Source of the DNA: the human T2T-CHM13v2.0 reference genome, Homo sapiens
DNA length: 64,000 nt
Reading direction: 5' to 3' (one strand)
NCBI RefSeq assembly: GCF_009914755.1
Contig: NC_060939.1
Position 1 is the first letter of the stretch, and each line of letters opens with the position of its first letter. The translations under genes and the position numbers were made by a program. Below are positions 42,328 through 56,621 of the stretch, piece by piece. Below the pieces are notes generated by a model that ran no database searches, had not been told where the DNA came from, and saw only the letters and a list, made by a program, of their open reading frames with translations.

Positions 42328-44173
42328 GATAGTACACACTATAGTTAGTGTAGATCTACGATTATTGTGAGGACTAAATAAAATTATGCATAAAGAGCCC
42401 AGCAGTCGTAGGCCCTTAATTAAAAAATAGAAAACACAAATCTATTAAGTAAACTTTCTATAGGAATTTGCTTTTTAAATCAGCAAACCTCCTACAGTCA
42501 GTTGTTTTTCTTTAAGTTCTGTCAGCATGAGGCTTTTGGAAATGTCCCTAAAGAGCCTCTTTTCTCCTTCTATTACCTTGAAGTTTGAAGTGATAGAAAG
42601 TTTTCATTGAGAAAAGTAAGGCCAGGTTCTCAGGATGGCAATGGTTTCTACCAATCAGACCTGAAATATATGCAAGTGACATAAAATGGGCTCTCATTTT
42701 ACATAATTAATCGCTCTCTATTTTAAACCTAGACTATGTGGCCAGCTTTCTTTCACTTTACACACCACTCCCTTCTTTCCAGCCATCTTTCAGTGTACTA
42801 AGAATAGTCATATCCTAAACCTAAACTGAACTGGCCTCGGATTTTTTTCTTTATACTCTACAGTCTTTTCACTGCTCTAATTCTCTATCATGCCAGAATG
42901 TTATAAAGAAGGCATTTGTTTATTTGAACTAAGTCAATGACCTTTTCAAGCATTTTCATCATGAGTTCCATATTACATAGAGTACCTTCTGTGCATAATG
43001 AACAAATAGGATCAAATTCCGGGACCTTATAGGATAAAACTACATTTCCCCTCAGGTCTTCAACTTTTTAAGGAGATTCTCTGCAGAACAGATAATGTTG
43101 ATATGATATTATGGAGACATATCATGACAGGGTAGCATTTTGTCGCAGCGGTGATGTCTGAACTTCAGAAGATCTGGATTCTGAGTTTGAACACACTGCC
43201 AAGAATGTGGATTTCTTTTTAAAGCATCCAGATGTTTTATGTCTGTAGAGCTAGGCTTTTGGAAGCTGTTTATTTGTTGGTTTATATCAGGACAAGAAAG
43301 AGTACATTGCCTTCTTGAGTCTCACTCAAGTCATTTCCAGAGTCTGAGAAACGTACCACACCTTCAAATACCTATTCTTGATTCTTTAAATGTTTTGTGT
43401 TGGACTTTGGTTGACGGTATCGAAGCTAGATTTATTTTAAAACAAACACACATTTTATTTTAAGCAAAGTCAAAATGTTAAATGCCATTGCATACAAATT
43501 AGGGAATGGAATGGAGGACTGGAGGGATTATTAGAAACTGACTTTTTATGACCTTGATATTTCCCCACAAACACCAAAGGGAAATCAACCAGGAACTTTA
43601 TGTCCTTCCGCCTCTGTGTGCTTAAATGTGTCACGTGTTAGAGCTGTCTCTGTCATCTGTATACAGCTGCCTCTGTACGCAGATTCCACGATGACCATCA
43701 GTGATGGAGACTGGATTATTGAGGTGCAAGCTAATTAACTTTTGATTCATTTTTACTATCATTTATCTAAAAGAGTCACAGCACCGAGGATTTGGCTCCC
43801 ATGGAAAGATTATGAACCACTTCACTCAGCTACCTTACTTCTGGAGATATTTGACTAGCTTTAGGTCATAAATAGAAAAACTTAGTGTTTCCATTTGGCA
43901 ATTCATGTCCCTTAAGAGCACAGGTTTTTGACTTCGTTGACTGCTGTGTTCACAGTGCCTAGAAAAACACAGCCCATGCCTGTTGCTCCTAACGTATCTG
44001 CTCAGTGAATGACTAAATGCTTCAGACCAGTATTACGAATTGCCTCCATTTTGAGCATGAACATCAGATCCAGATTATCCAAATCACAAATTTTGTTATT
44101 GTCTGTTTGTGTGTTAAGATGAAAAATAGACTTTCCCACAATGATGAGTGAATTGTTCATAGAAATAGTTTGA

Positions 44174-44642
<469 letters not shown>

Positions 44643-47379
44643 ATATTTTAAGCTTTTAAATGTTGTGCTTCATTATTTGATCCATGGGTTGTCCAGAGAA
44701 TAGAGCAGAGTTTGGTTCAATTATTTTGGGGTAGGAAGTAGAAGGCACAGGAGTTATTTATGGTAGTGGCTTTTATTTTGTATTATTAAGTAAAACTTAT
44801 AATTTGTAGTTAGAATAATAACTACTACCAGCACTGTTATAAAAACAACTACCAATTATTGAGAGTTATGTACCAGGTACTATGGCTTCACAAAGCTTTA
44901 TGGGATGGGTAGTATTCTTTCGGTTCTACAAAAGAGGGAACTATAACTCAAAGACTTCCACAAGAATGTAGAGCTAGTAAAATGTTAAAGAGTTGGGATT
45001 TTAACCCAGATATGCTAGATATACGGTTTACATAATTCTGGTTAACAAATCCTAAGTCCTGCTTTTCATTTTTGTGAATGAGTCATCAAACATAAGAAGT
45101 TATGCAAACCTTAATGAACTACGTTAACCTTCTCATAGGCTTCCAGAAAACAAAATAACGGAAGCGCACAGGTTACCTTAAAGGTGCACTGTTTACATCC
45201 CAGACTAAATCAGTGCTCATACAGCTGCTGAGAAAACCACATGAGAGCTAGAAACAGAAGGGAGGGATCTATAATGCTGCACTGTACTTAAGTTTAATAT
45301 CAAATTAAGTTTTTTGTTTGTGCCTTTTTCAACCAATGATATACTGGAAGACATGCAGTTTCCTAGGGAAAAAATAATTCAAGAACTTCCAAAGTTATGC
45401 TTAGATAATGTGTAAAGAAGGCTAACAAAGAAGAGATATAACTAGAAGAGATTTTAAGCATCACTCAGCTAATCTTCCTACTTTGTGCACTATTTGTACC
45501 AAGAGATAAGGAGGGAAATAATATGGTAACTATCTTGTACTGAATGGCATTATATAAGCAATGGACACATTCAGGAGAGGATTACAACAGAAACCTATGC
45601 AGTTCCTGCGTGGTACCTCACTTAGTGTCACTTTATTTTGTGCTGTCAACTATATTCTGTAGTTAAGTTCGGCTCTCTTTCTTTATATATGTATGAGTCA
45701 GCCACTTTCCCCATGAAGATTAAATGAGATAATGCATGTGAAGTGTTATCTAAACCATAATGTGCCATGCAAGTATTAGATATTGTCAGGGCCCAGGAAT
45801 TTATAAGAATTCTCCAGTTATTCTATAAACAGGTTACAAGCCAGTGATATAAGGCTGCTTGAACTACTGTGCAGGGCATTTGTTACATCATCAAAGAAAA
45901 ATATGGGCAGAGGAAGGATGAGGAAATAATCGGTGAAAATTTTTCTAGTTCTTAGAAGATTTCACTTCTATTTCTCTGAACTAATGTGTAATAAATCTTT
46001 TTCTGGCTTCTGGCTTTCCAGGACCTGGAAGTCAAGCTTCCAACAGACTGGAGTTGAAACTGGTAGCAGGGAAGAAGGAAAAACTGGTCTCTCCTCTAAA
46101 GGATGTTGTCATTGGGAGGATCTTGGCATAAGAAGCAGTTTTTTGACCTTGAGGCTACCTGAAGGGTTTCCTTAATCTAACTGTGCCCAATTACTAGCAG
46201 TTTTCACAGCAGTATGTTTCAGCAGCTTATCAAAGAATAGAAGCAGACAGTAAAAAGAGAGGGGACAGGATGGGTTTCAGTGGTTCTGAATAAGTCAGGC
46301 TTCTGGTGACCAGCAAAGGAAGAGCCTGGTTTCCATAAATCAGAGAGGTAGTTAGCAAGGGTGAGTTGGGACTTAAGGGAACTTTGCCTTGAAAGCCCAA
46401 AGACTTGTACTTGTGCCTTAATTATACAGCTTAGGTCCTCAGAGAAGGTTGTGACTTAGAGTAGGTGAGGCTGTTCTGTCAGCTGACCAGAGGAGAAAGC
46501 GCTGATCTTACAGGCATAAGAAACTGACCTTGGGTGAAGATGAAAGTATATACTCCTTTTGGGTTTCCCATTGCTCAGCAGAGTAATGGTTGTGCTGGTA
46601 TTTCGCTGTCTGAAGATGTAAAGAAGTGTCTTCTATTCTGGTGGAATATTAGCAATCCCTGAACCTCTCCTAATCGAGATGTCATGTGTACCCTCACATC
46701 AGACTAATTGAACTCAACAGGTTGGTGGGTGAAACTTGGGCATTTTATTTTTAAGCTTTCCAAGTGATTCCAATTGCAGTCAGGCTTAAGAACGATTTAC
46801 TTAAAAGTTTTAAGATGGAAATTTGCAAAGGGCTGCTATTCAAATCACTGTTCCTACAGCTACTTAGGTGTTTATGATCTAAGACGACACCTGGATATGT
46901 GTCAAAGGCCAATTATTAAGAGGGTCTGGCAGTGAAAACTGATATCATCCAGGTGGGCCTTCTCTAAGATAATAACTTGCTGTGAAGCTTCATGTTCGTT
47001 TCCACATTAGGAATGCAGAGGCAGCTTATTAGGAGGAAGCTGGCGTGGTCTGATTCTAGAGCACATGCTGTGGGCTCTATTTCTTTACAGTACACAGAGG
47101 AGCCTCAGGACAAGGCCTTCCCCACTCCTCCAAATGCCCACATATCAGACTAGGGGGATACTCCCTTTTGAAATTAGCCAGCTTGCCTCTGTCACTGACT
47201 GTTGCAAATGACTACTGAATTTATAAAACATTCATTGATGTTCCTTGTTGGGTTTGAGATTATAAATCTTTTTCTGCCGGGCTGTCACTGGGAGTAGACT
47301 GGAAAGCTGGAGACAAAATTCCCATAGCTCTGGTAGACACAATGACTGGCATAACCACTAGAGACTGGATAGTTCCAAA

Positions 47380-47455
47380 AATACTCAAGAACTTAAGAAT
47401 GTTAATATAAGATAATGAATACTGAAGAACTTGAGAATGTTAATATAAGGTAATG
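47380..47455 (+). repeat. 38-bp tandem duplication (2 copies, 3 mismatches)
   Basis: AATACTCAAGAACTTAAGAATGTTAATATAAGATAATG / AATACTGAAGAACTTGAGAATGTTAATATAAGGTAATG. Confidence 0.93.
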
Positions 47456-50400
47456 AAGGCAAGGGATATGTGGAAGGAAGCCTATTGAAGATTCCAACAA
47501 TCTTGATTATAGTTTTGTTGCTTTTTTTTTTCATCTTTCTTTACCCGTTGTGCTAGCATCTCTGCCCAGTTCAAAAGGTTATGAGAGAGACCAGCTAGAG
47601 CAGAACTGGCCGGAACCTGGAGTTTTGACCAATCACCAGGGGCTGATCTGTAAAAAGTTTGGGCTTCTAAGGAAGTCCAAGAGTAGCTGACTGGTGGATA
47701 ACTAAGCAACAATGTGAAATAGGGCTCCACGGCTGTCTAGCAACAGACATGGGTAGAGATCCAAGATGGAGGGCATCTGGTAAACACAGTAGATCACATG
47801 AATCTCCAGTCTTGAGCCCCAGAAATGGGAGAGCTGGCAGGACTCTAAGAGAACCTGTTGTAGGGTGCCCAGAATAGGGGTACTATACAGGAAAACAAGG
47901 CAATGAGTTGTACTTGGGCACATGGGCAGGATGAAACACATTAAACTGGACTAGGAGTTAAAGCCTTGTCCTGTGAAATCAACCTTGAGCCCAGCCTCGA
48001 GAAATGAGAGAAGAGTTTGTCCAGGGGCCAAGGGGACTTCACGCTTGGCTGATGAACTCCTGGTCTACAGCTCCCTGAATTCCCCTTACCCAAGGTCAAG
48101 ATGAGTTCCAGTCATGTCAGGGCTGGACCTGTAGGTTGGGGTTAAGTGGTTCCAGCTTCTATATAGAGGCAGGAAGCCAAAAGGATCATTACCATAAGTA
48201 TTTTTTTTTTAAATTCACAATTCTACTTTCCTCCCTCAACTACAATTTTGTTATATGGACATGTTCTAAGAGTATGTGCAGAGGATAACGATTAAATAAA
48301 CTTTTCCAAGTAAAACACAGTTAAAGGCTACTTCACTGTGGCCAAATGACTTTCTGTAAGGCCAAAATTACTTACTGTAGAGAGCAACCAAATGCATTTG
48401 ATGCTCTTTAATGCTCTAGAATATCTAATATTATGTAGAGCACATAATATACTTTAAGTGAGTGCATATCAATACATACAAGAATATCATAGCTATGAGA
48501 GAGGCATATAATTAATATATTTGAAATATCACTACTATCCCCATTCTAGCTCAAAGTGTGAACTGATTTTAAATTTTTTTTAAGCTTCTGCAAAACTTTA
48601 TTCTTGTTTTCTCTCTTTAAAATTGTAAATCTTAAATATTTAAAAGATATCTTGCTGTCATGTAATATCCGATATTCACACACACACACGCACATAGGTA
48701 CACAAATACACAAATGGAGACTTCCAATGAGAAAACAACCTTGTAAAAGGAGTTTTACAAGGGAGTGCTGTGTTAACTGACATATTGCTGAGTTAGCAAC
48801 TAAATAACCAGCTACATACATCCCTTTTGTATCATTGAGTAGCATGCATTCTTAAAGTGATAATGGAACTAAATTTGGAGAGAACAGGCCCTTAAGTTTC
48901 AATTTATTTGTTTCACAATCGCAGCCTCAAACTGAAGGGAAAATTACGCTGCAGTTTGATAAATAAAGCACTATACATTCAAAAACAAAATGCAAAATGG
49001 AAACTTTTAGAACTTCAAATAATCAAGGATCTTAGATTAATTTCATCAGTGGTTGAGAGTTTTTTGTTGTTGTGAATTTGCTGGAGAATTTAGTATGAAA
49101 GCACTCTAACTAGTGTCTGATTATATCAGTGTCTCTATTTCCTTTTAGAACACACATCTGTTGTTGTGGGGGGTTTTTGGAGAGGAGAGTGTGGTTGTGG
49201 TTATTATGGAAATACGGCAAAACCAAATATTTTAAAGCAGATGAGAAGAAACCCACAAACAGTTGGCTCACAAATGTTGTAATGCTTTCCACACCCAGGC
49301 ATAAAGCAAGTGGCAGCGGCAGCAGCAGCAGCGTTCCTGGTGGCCTCTGTTTTATCTGTTTCAAACACTGGGCTGCTCTTGTTAGTTAACTGACTGGAGA
49401 TTGTTTTCTCCCTTTATCCCCTCTCTCTCTTTTTAATTGTTGTTACTCTGTTTTGCCTGAAAGCTGCAGTATCTCACTGTTCATTATTCCCTGTTCAGTC
49501 AAATCCTGTCCAAAATTAACTCATTGTGTGCTGGAGTTCTTCTCAAGCTCTCTTTTCTTACAAGATGCACAAAATAGACCTCACTGTAGCTCTTTCAAGA
49601 AGTTTGCATATCATACGGATAACTCTTTGAACTAACTCAATGCTGACTTTACTGGGCTGTGTTTCTTTAATATTTACAACTTCTAACTAGAAATATTTCC
49701 AATTATTAATAAGAAATTGTTATAAAATTCTAAAGTTTCAACCATTTTAATCCTTTCTCTCTCTCTCTCTCCCTCCCTGTCTCTTATATAAACCTAGTTC
49801 CACAGACCCTGTTTTGACTTTAGTTTCTCTTTTTTATTTTACTTGGAAATTTTTAAAAGAGTCTTCTGAGTCTCCAAACTAAAGCTATAAGACAGAAAAA
49901 AAAAAAAAGCCATCAGTCAATACAGCTGGGGAACTAGTTTCTCATATCAGCATCGAATTCCAAGGTATTCAACTTGAACTAAGTGCAGCCATCAGAAAAA
50001 CCATAGAAATGGGAAAGTTGCTGTTGTAAATTAATGATTATTTGCTGTGTGCGTTAGAGTTGCGGTTTGTACCACATTTTATTGTGATGTTTTATTCTTA
50101 CTCAGTGCAACAGTAATTGGGTCTTAAACATGATAAAGTATCTTCAAGGCTGCATTGGTAGCTGAGCTGCCTACGGCAGGTTTTTAACTCTAGTTAAAGA
50201 AGGTTAATCAAAGCTAATGAATCTGTTTTATCCATTGCCATGAGTTTTTTTTTTTTTTTTAAATGTGCCAGGAGGTGACTGACCTAAAATCCGGATTGTT
50301 CAGCTGTGAAGGCAAATACATCTTTAGCATAATGATTTTGCAAGCCTCTTTGATGGCCCTGGGTCCATGGATGGCAGGTACCTGCAAGCTCTGTAGTTTT

Positions 50401-51030
50401 CTTACCTTTCTACCACTGCTCACTCTTCTGCCATTAAAAAATACGAGCCTTATGAAAATACAGGAGAGGGAATGCAATCCCAAACTACAGCCTTCAGTGT
50501 GAGAATATCAAGAGACTGTTGCATTCAGAAGTTCAGAATAGCTCTGCTCTTTATAAAAGAATATGAGGAGCCCCCTAATAAGGCCAATTCATTAGAACAA
50601 GTGTTTGTTACTAAAACACACCACGCAGGACCACAGGGATCCGAGCCAGACAGCACGGCAATTAAAGTTGCCTCCCTTCCAAACGCAGGCGGCCCACCAA
50701 CTCTCACCCACGAGTTCTGCTTTGTTTTCCTATTAGAAATGTGATTGAAGAATGCAAGTTCATAATTTGTTCATGCAGCAGAAGACTAGTAACTCTCTGG
50801 TTGCAACATCCTTTTATACACTTCAAATCAGAATTAAAAAAAAATTCAGGTTGCTTGTGTGTGTCCTTTCTGAAAGCGCAGGAGGAGCAAAACCTTTTGC
50901 TCTGGGAATCTACCTTGCTGCCTAGAAAACATTGCCTAGTTGCATTTGCAAAAACGCTCAGCGAGAGACCATCCTCCAAATATCTAAAATCACAGTAGTG
51001 GAGGGTTTTTAATTTTAAGCCCAGCGTTTA

Positions 51031-51036
<6 letters not shown>

Positions 51037-51084
<48 letters not shown>
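51037..51084 (+). repeat. (AC)24 microsatellite at the promoter edge
   Basis: Perfect AC run. Confidence 0.97.
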
Positions 51085-51087
<3 letters not shown>

Positions 51088-51099
51088 CAGCCTGCAGTG

Positions 51100-52250
51100 A
51101 CACCTTTTCCCTCCCCTTTGGTGCTCTGCGGAGCTTTGGAATGAGATTCATAGCGACTCAGGACTGTTGCTGGCAAGGAAAACCCCCTGCCTACCAGACA
51201 GAAAGAGGGGCGGGGAGGGCCATTGTGGCTTTCCCTCCTGCTCTCTTTTTAAGCCCAAATAATATTTGTACTTTGAGGGGAGGGTGCAAAAAAGGGATCA
51301 AGATATGAAGCAAGGCAGAACCCAAAAAGCGAGGGGGAGAAAAAAGCTCAAGGAGAGAGACCAGCTCTGGTCCGAGAAAGGGCCTACATCACAGGTTTCA
51401 AAAGCATCTTTTTTCAGTTTCACGAGCCACAACCCCCTTGATGAAAACTAGTTGCGAAATTCAGCGCCTGTTAGGCCTCAGCTAATTAGAAAAAATGGGC
51501 TTTTTTTCTTTTCCTTTCTTTCTTTAGCACCTTTTCTTTCAAGCATTTAGTCTCAGGAGGGGGATCCAGGCTCTTGGCCGGGCTGTTTTGAAAACACGCC
51601 TTTGAATGCGTCTCCCTAATTCACGCCTTTTGTTTTTCAGCTTTTGTGTTTGCCAGTTTGACCATATAACGTTATACATCTGGTGTATAGCTTGTTGGGG
51701 GCTTTTTTCTCCCAGGGTTCCTATGCATTCCCTATAGGACCCTCCTGAGCTTCAATTTGAGCGATCGTGTAACATAAAGGGGGTAAAGGAGAGCCTAGGA
51801 GGCTGGGGAGTGGGGGGAACGAGGGAGCAGGAGAGGGGAGGAGGCCTGGGGGAGACAGAGAGAGAAATGAGTGAAACATAAAAAAAAAAAAAGTTGAAAA
51901 GAATTCTTTTGCTCTCTTCTTTTCTTCTCACTGTTGCGACTGGACCCTGAGTCAGCCGGCGACAAGGCCTCGGTGGGAAAATGAAGGGGCCACAGAATAG
52001 ATAACTCATTGGAATTCTGGCAACATATTCGTAAATAAAACAAAAGTGGGGCGGCGGACTGGGGGAGGGAGTGTGTTCCTGGGGAAGCGCAGAGCTGCAC
52101 AGGGCAGGGCTAGGAGGACATTTCCAGGGCAGGCTCCCTGCCTTGCCTCTTGCAGGGGAAATCTAAGATGGTCAAAGGAAAGGAATCCAACGGTTTTGCC
52201 CAGGCTTGTTTAGCAAAGCTCTTGCAGCTGGAGCTGTTTATTATTGCAGC
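51100..52250. promoter_or_regulatory. Candidate bidirectional promoter/enhancer (not a full CpG island)
   Basis: Local rise in GC and CpG in a transposon-free stretch; GC boxes GGGGCGGGG (~51207) and GGGGCGG (~52048); SOX site CCATTGT (~51220); TWIST-type E-box ACATCTGG (~51676); AP-1 TGAGTCA (~51948); FOX GTAAATA (~52031); splice donors lie downstream on both strands. Confidence 0.7.
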
Positions 52251-52378
52251 TAGGAAGATGCTCTTCCAAACACACTTCCCAAGCTGAGAGAGCTGAAATA
52301 ATCTATCCTATTTCTTCAGAGCCTGCAGGGTCTGTGCCTCAGAAAGGGGTTTCTGTTAAAAGAGGAACATTCTTGAGC

Positions 52379-55300
52379 ATGGTTATTCTTCCCCAGCTCC
52401 TCAAGAAGAGGCATCCCCCAGATTTAGTTTGCAGATATCTTTCCCAACTCTTACCTCCCATGCGCACTTTCGATAAAACAGCTTGGATACCGCTTCTTGG
52501 AATGATGATACTGATGTAAGTTTCTTGACTTAAAAGCTCCCAGTCTTCTAGTGGATTTGGTTGCTATTGGTGCTCATTGATGGGTAATCTTGTGGATGAG
52601 CTCTCATCTCAATTTCTCCATCTGCAAAATGGACATATCTTAATATCAAAGTCACAATTCTTAGTTTTCACATACCCGGATGGTTACTTTTGTAATGAGT
52701 CAATTTCATATTTTTGTTTAATATATACATAGTGTGTGTGTGTATCTGTGAGTACATAAAACCCATTATAAAGATATAGTGTATATTTTGGTGGTTGTGA
52801 TTTTGTATGTCATCCAACTGCTCTAGAATAACTCTGCAAGTCTGATTTTGGCTGAAAGAAAACCTAGAATAAATAGGAAGACAATATGTTTGTGGCGGTT
52901 GTTTAAAGCTAATACCAGCAGCTTTTTCTTTTCTTTACTGCTGAACAATTTCAAAAGCAATACTAGGCATGAAAGCAAAACAAACTCATTTCAGTGCAAA
53001 GCTTATGAGTTATTTGTGTTTCCCTGAATTCAAGGAGGGGGTGGATGGGTAGGAAATTTGTTTTAAATATAGAAATGGGGAAAATACAACAAACTCCACA
53101 GAATATCTTGGAAGGTTCTGCAGCTTGAAGTGCAGAGTTTATTACAGATGTGATGTAACTTGTGGGTATAATTTTCAAAAATAGCTGAAGAATACACTGT
53201 GAGAAATCTTACCAAAAGTACCATTTTCCCCAATATATTTGTAACTCAAGTTACCAGCTGATTAACCCCTTGAAAAGAGTTTCTGTAGGTGGAAATCTAT
53301 ATCCCTGTCTGTTCTTAATCAATCCAGCCACATGACCAATAATGTGGATGCAAGGGTTAACACAATTAAATTAACAAATGTTTGGAAGGAAATGGTAAAA
53401 TTGGTTTTTAAAAAGATGTTTAACAAAGACATTTTGCTGTTCCAATCAGACACATAATTACACAATAGGCTATTTTCAGGAATCTATTTTTTCCTAAATG
53501 TTAATCAGACCAGAAGAAAACGCCTGTTAGTCCACATTGGGATATGCTGTAATTCCCTTGGAAAAGTAACTTACCTTAGGGAAATATTTTACTTCCCAGA
53601 AAAAGACTGTTTATTTACTCTGAATTCTTTCCCTTGCAAGGTTGTTGTCTGGTTTTTGTTTTTGTTTAAACTGGTCTCAGAACATGGAGAAGTACGACCA
53701 TCGTCAACTGAAACAAAAACAAAACAAAACAAAAAAACCATGGACTTGAGCTAAAATTCTTAAATGAATTGTTTAGCTTCAAAATGTAAAACTGTCCCAG
53801 CAAGAATGTCACAAAGTGTAAGCACAGAAGGATCTGTATTTTACTGAAAACATTCTTTATATAACACCCGGAGAACACGAAAAGAATGAGCCACCCTTAC
53901 TTATATTACAATGTCTGTATTTATTATCTTTTCAAGTGTGCTTAACAAGTTGATACCATTTTCTAAAAGGTTTTTTAGTTTGAGACTCCTAACTCATACA
54001 CCTGCTCTCTTAGGTCACAACTGTAAGTCCAGAAAAAGGTGTGCTTTATGTTTCTGTGAAAACTGGCTTTATTTCTAGTTATAAGGGAGGCTGAACTTTT
54101 AGGTAAACTTGGTGCCAGGTAGCAGCAGCAGGAGCAACGTGAAAAAGAAAAATGGCAGTTACCCACTTAAGAAAATAACATTCTGTTGATCGACAAACAC
54201 CCTTTAAATTTTAGCTATTAACAGCTCTTACAGAAACAGGAACTGCCAATAACAAACTTGATTTCTAATGTCCCCAAGGTAATAATAATCCACTAATTTG
54301 ACTATATCCCAGCTGGCCTATACAGCAGTTTCTATTTGTTTTTTGTTGTTGTTGTTGGTTTTTTTTTTTTTTTTTTTTTGCAGCAGGGAAGACTTATCTT
54401 TCTTTGGGAAAAAAAAAAGGTGGGGAGTGTGCTGTAAAGTTAAGAAGGAGTGTGGAGAGAAAACACATGGAAATTTAATGTGAAAGTTTCTTGTTGCAAT
54501 AAAGCTGTTAGGTTTGGCATGTAGACTGTTATCAGATGGTTCCTTTGACATTACTTGAGCCTTTCAGTAAGTAAGACAAGCCTGAAGGATTAGGTTGTCA
54601 ACTTCAGCCTGTCATCTTTGAGCAGAAAAAAAGAATTCCTTTTCTTTTTCTTCCTTTCTTTTTTTTTTTTTTTTTTTTAGGTTGCATCTTCCTTCACCAG
54701 CTTTGAGCTTTGGAGATCGCAGCAGAGGTAGTTACTGGAAGACAATCTCAGGCCCACATTGATCATGGAAGTCTAGCTTTTAAAGATAAGTGAGCCAACC
54801 AAGCTGTAAGGCTAATCACCCTGTGCAAGTATGAATTTATCTAAAGAGGATTTCATGTGGAACCCCCGGAGCCGGCCGCCAAACGGATGACTGCACACTT
54901 TAAGAAAGTTCGTGGGACTTCTCCCAATCAACTGTCAGGCCACATAAAGGGTCTGGAACGCGCTGACTTAAGCAAATAATATTTAGCCATCTAAGGATAC
55001 CGTAAGGCCCAAGATTTTGCTTTGTTGGCGCTGACAGGAAATATTGATACATATCAAGTAACACTCCTGATGCAAAAAGCGATATGTGTCTCCTTTCGGC
55101 ACTATCTCTGTTTAGGAAACACCTTGCTTTAAAAGAAAGCACAGGTGGGGGCAGGGACAATGTCAAACCCAGCACTTCACTGGGTTTTCCAGCTTTCCTG
55201 GGATCACAATTTCATGAAAATAGGAACTAAGCAAAAGTCGTCTCCTTTTTGAAAAAAACCAAATGTATTGGAATTTGAATTTGCAAACTCTCAGAATGTC

Positions 55301-56578
55301 TAGCTGACAAGTGAACCCTGCCCATAACCCCAAAACTATTCCTTAAGTTTATTAACCTAGGAAACCTGCCACTGATTAGGTTTGGGTGTGTTTCTCAGCT
55401 TTTACAATAGTCTAAACTATATTACAACTATGTGGTTACAGGGCCTAAAAAGTAAATTGAAATATGTGGCTATTAAGTCGCAAATCCCCTCAATAGGACA
55501 TGTGAGTCAAAACTCAATTTTTTGTGAGAAGTAATGTCTGTAATCCTATTGACTCATCATTTTTAGACATTTGTGGCTTTAATTACAGGGGAAAAACTGT
55601 AATGTCCTGTCTTGGGAAAATTTGATAGGGAACATCGGGCTGTTACCATAGAATAAAGGTTGCGTTGGAGGATTTAATTTAAAAAGGAAAAAGAAAGAAC
55701 CCTATTTTATCAGAATACTCTAAACATTCTCCATCAGTAACGTTGTGCCTGAGGTGATATCCTTGAAGATGCTGGAGGTGGCGGTGTTAATGAAATACCC
55801 GTTGGCATTAAATAGCATTTCTAGAATCCTGATTGTAGCGCTAAAAAGGAAAGTGAATTTTCTAACAGCACAATAAACAAGGGGAATTACGAAAAAAGAA
55901 TCCGCTGGTTCTGTAAGGAAGATCGCTTCCAGTTAAACAAAGAAATTTAGGGTCGTCTGCTTTTCATGAAAATCACATACATATGGCCTTTGAAATTTGT
56001 CACTGAAGATGGTTTTGCTCTAAGGTAAAATTCACCACTTTATAGCTTTTCAGCCGCAAGTCTCTGGATTTTTTTTCTTCTCTCTTTTGGCCTGCAGCCC
56101 AATATGAATGTATGATCACTAGCACAAGAGTTAAACATCTGAGTCTTTTTGAAGTGTCTTCAATGTTACAATGATGTGATGGTTGATTGCCTAGCAGTCA
56201 GTTTAGAAAAGTCTGCATTCTGCCCCCTAGTGGTAGAGATTAAAGTTTAATGGCTGCTTCATAACACGTAATGCCTTTTTCCCTCCTTTTCCATATGTTA
56301 AGGATATAGAGCAGTGTGGGAATTACTGATGAGTTTTGTCATAATCTGTAAAGTGTATATTTTAAGCAGGAAAATTTCTAGACTGAATGGACAGGTTTAC
56401 GAGGCACAGGGTCATTTGATGTATGTTTTGTGTACTCTGCTGTGCTTTGCCAAACAATATACATCACCACTATAAACAGACATTGTCCCTAATACAACAT
56501 TCCTTCTGGGAAAATTTTGGGACTTCTTAATAGAAGCTATTAACCAAAAAGTGCATGGTGTTGCCAAAATTATAATAT

Positions 56579-56621
<43 letters not shown>

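Noticed and set aside
48546-48845. 99 aa minus-strand ORF with a hydrophobic middle and basic tail
   Set aside because: Includes a (TG)n translation and A-rich Lys codons, with no recognisable homolog; worth revisiting only if the 49884 acceptor starts a terminal exon covering it
51100-52250. CpG island
   Set aside because: CpGs are raised relative to the flanks but by eye too sparse for a canonical island; kept as a promoter candidate only
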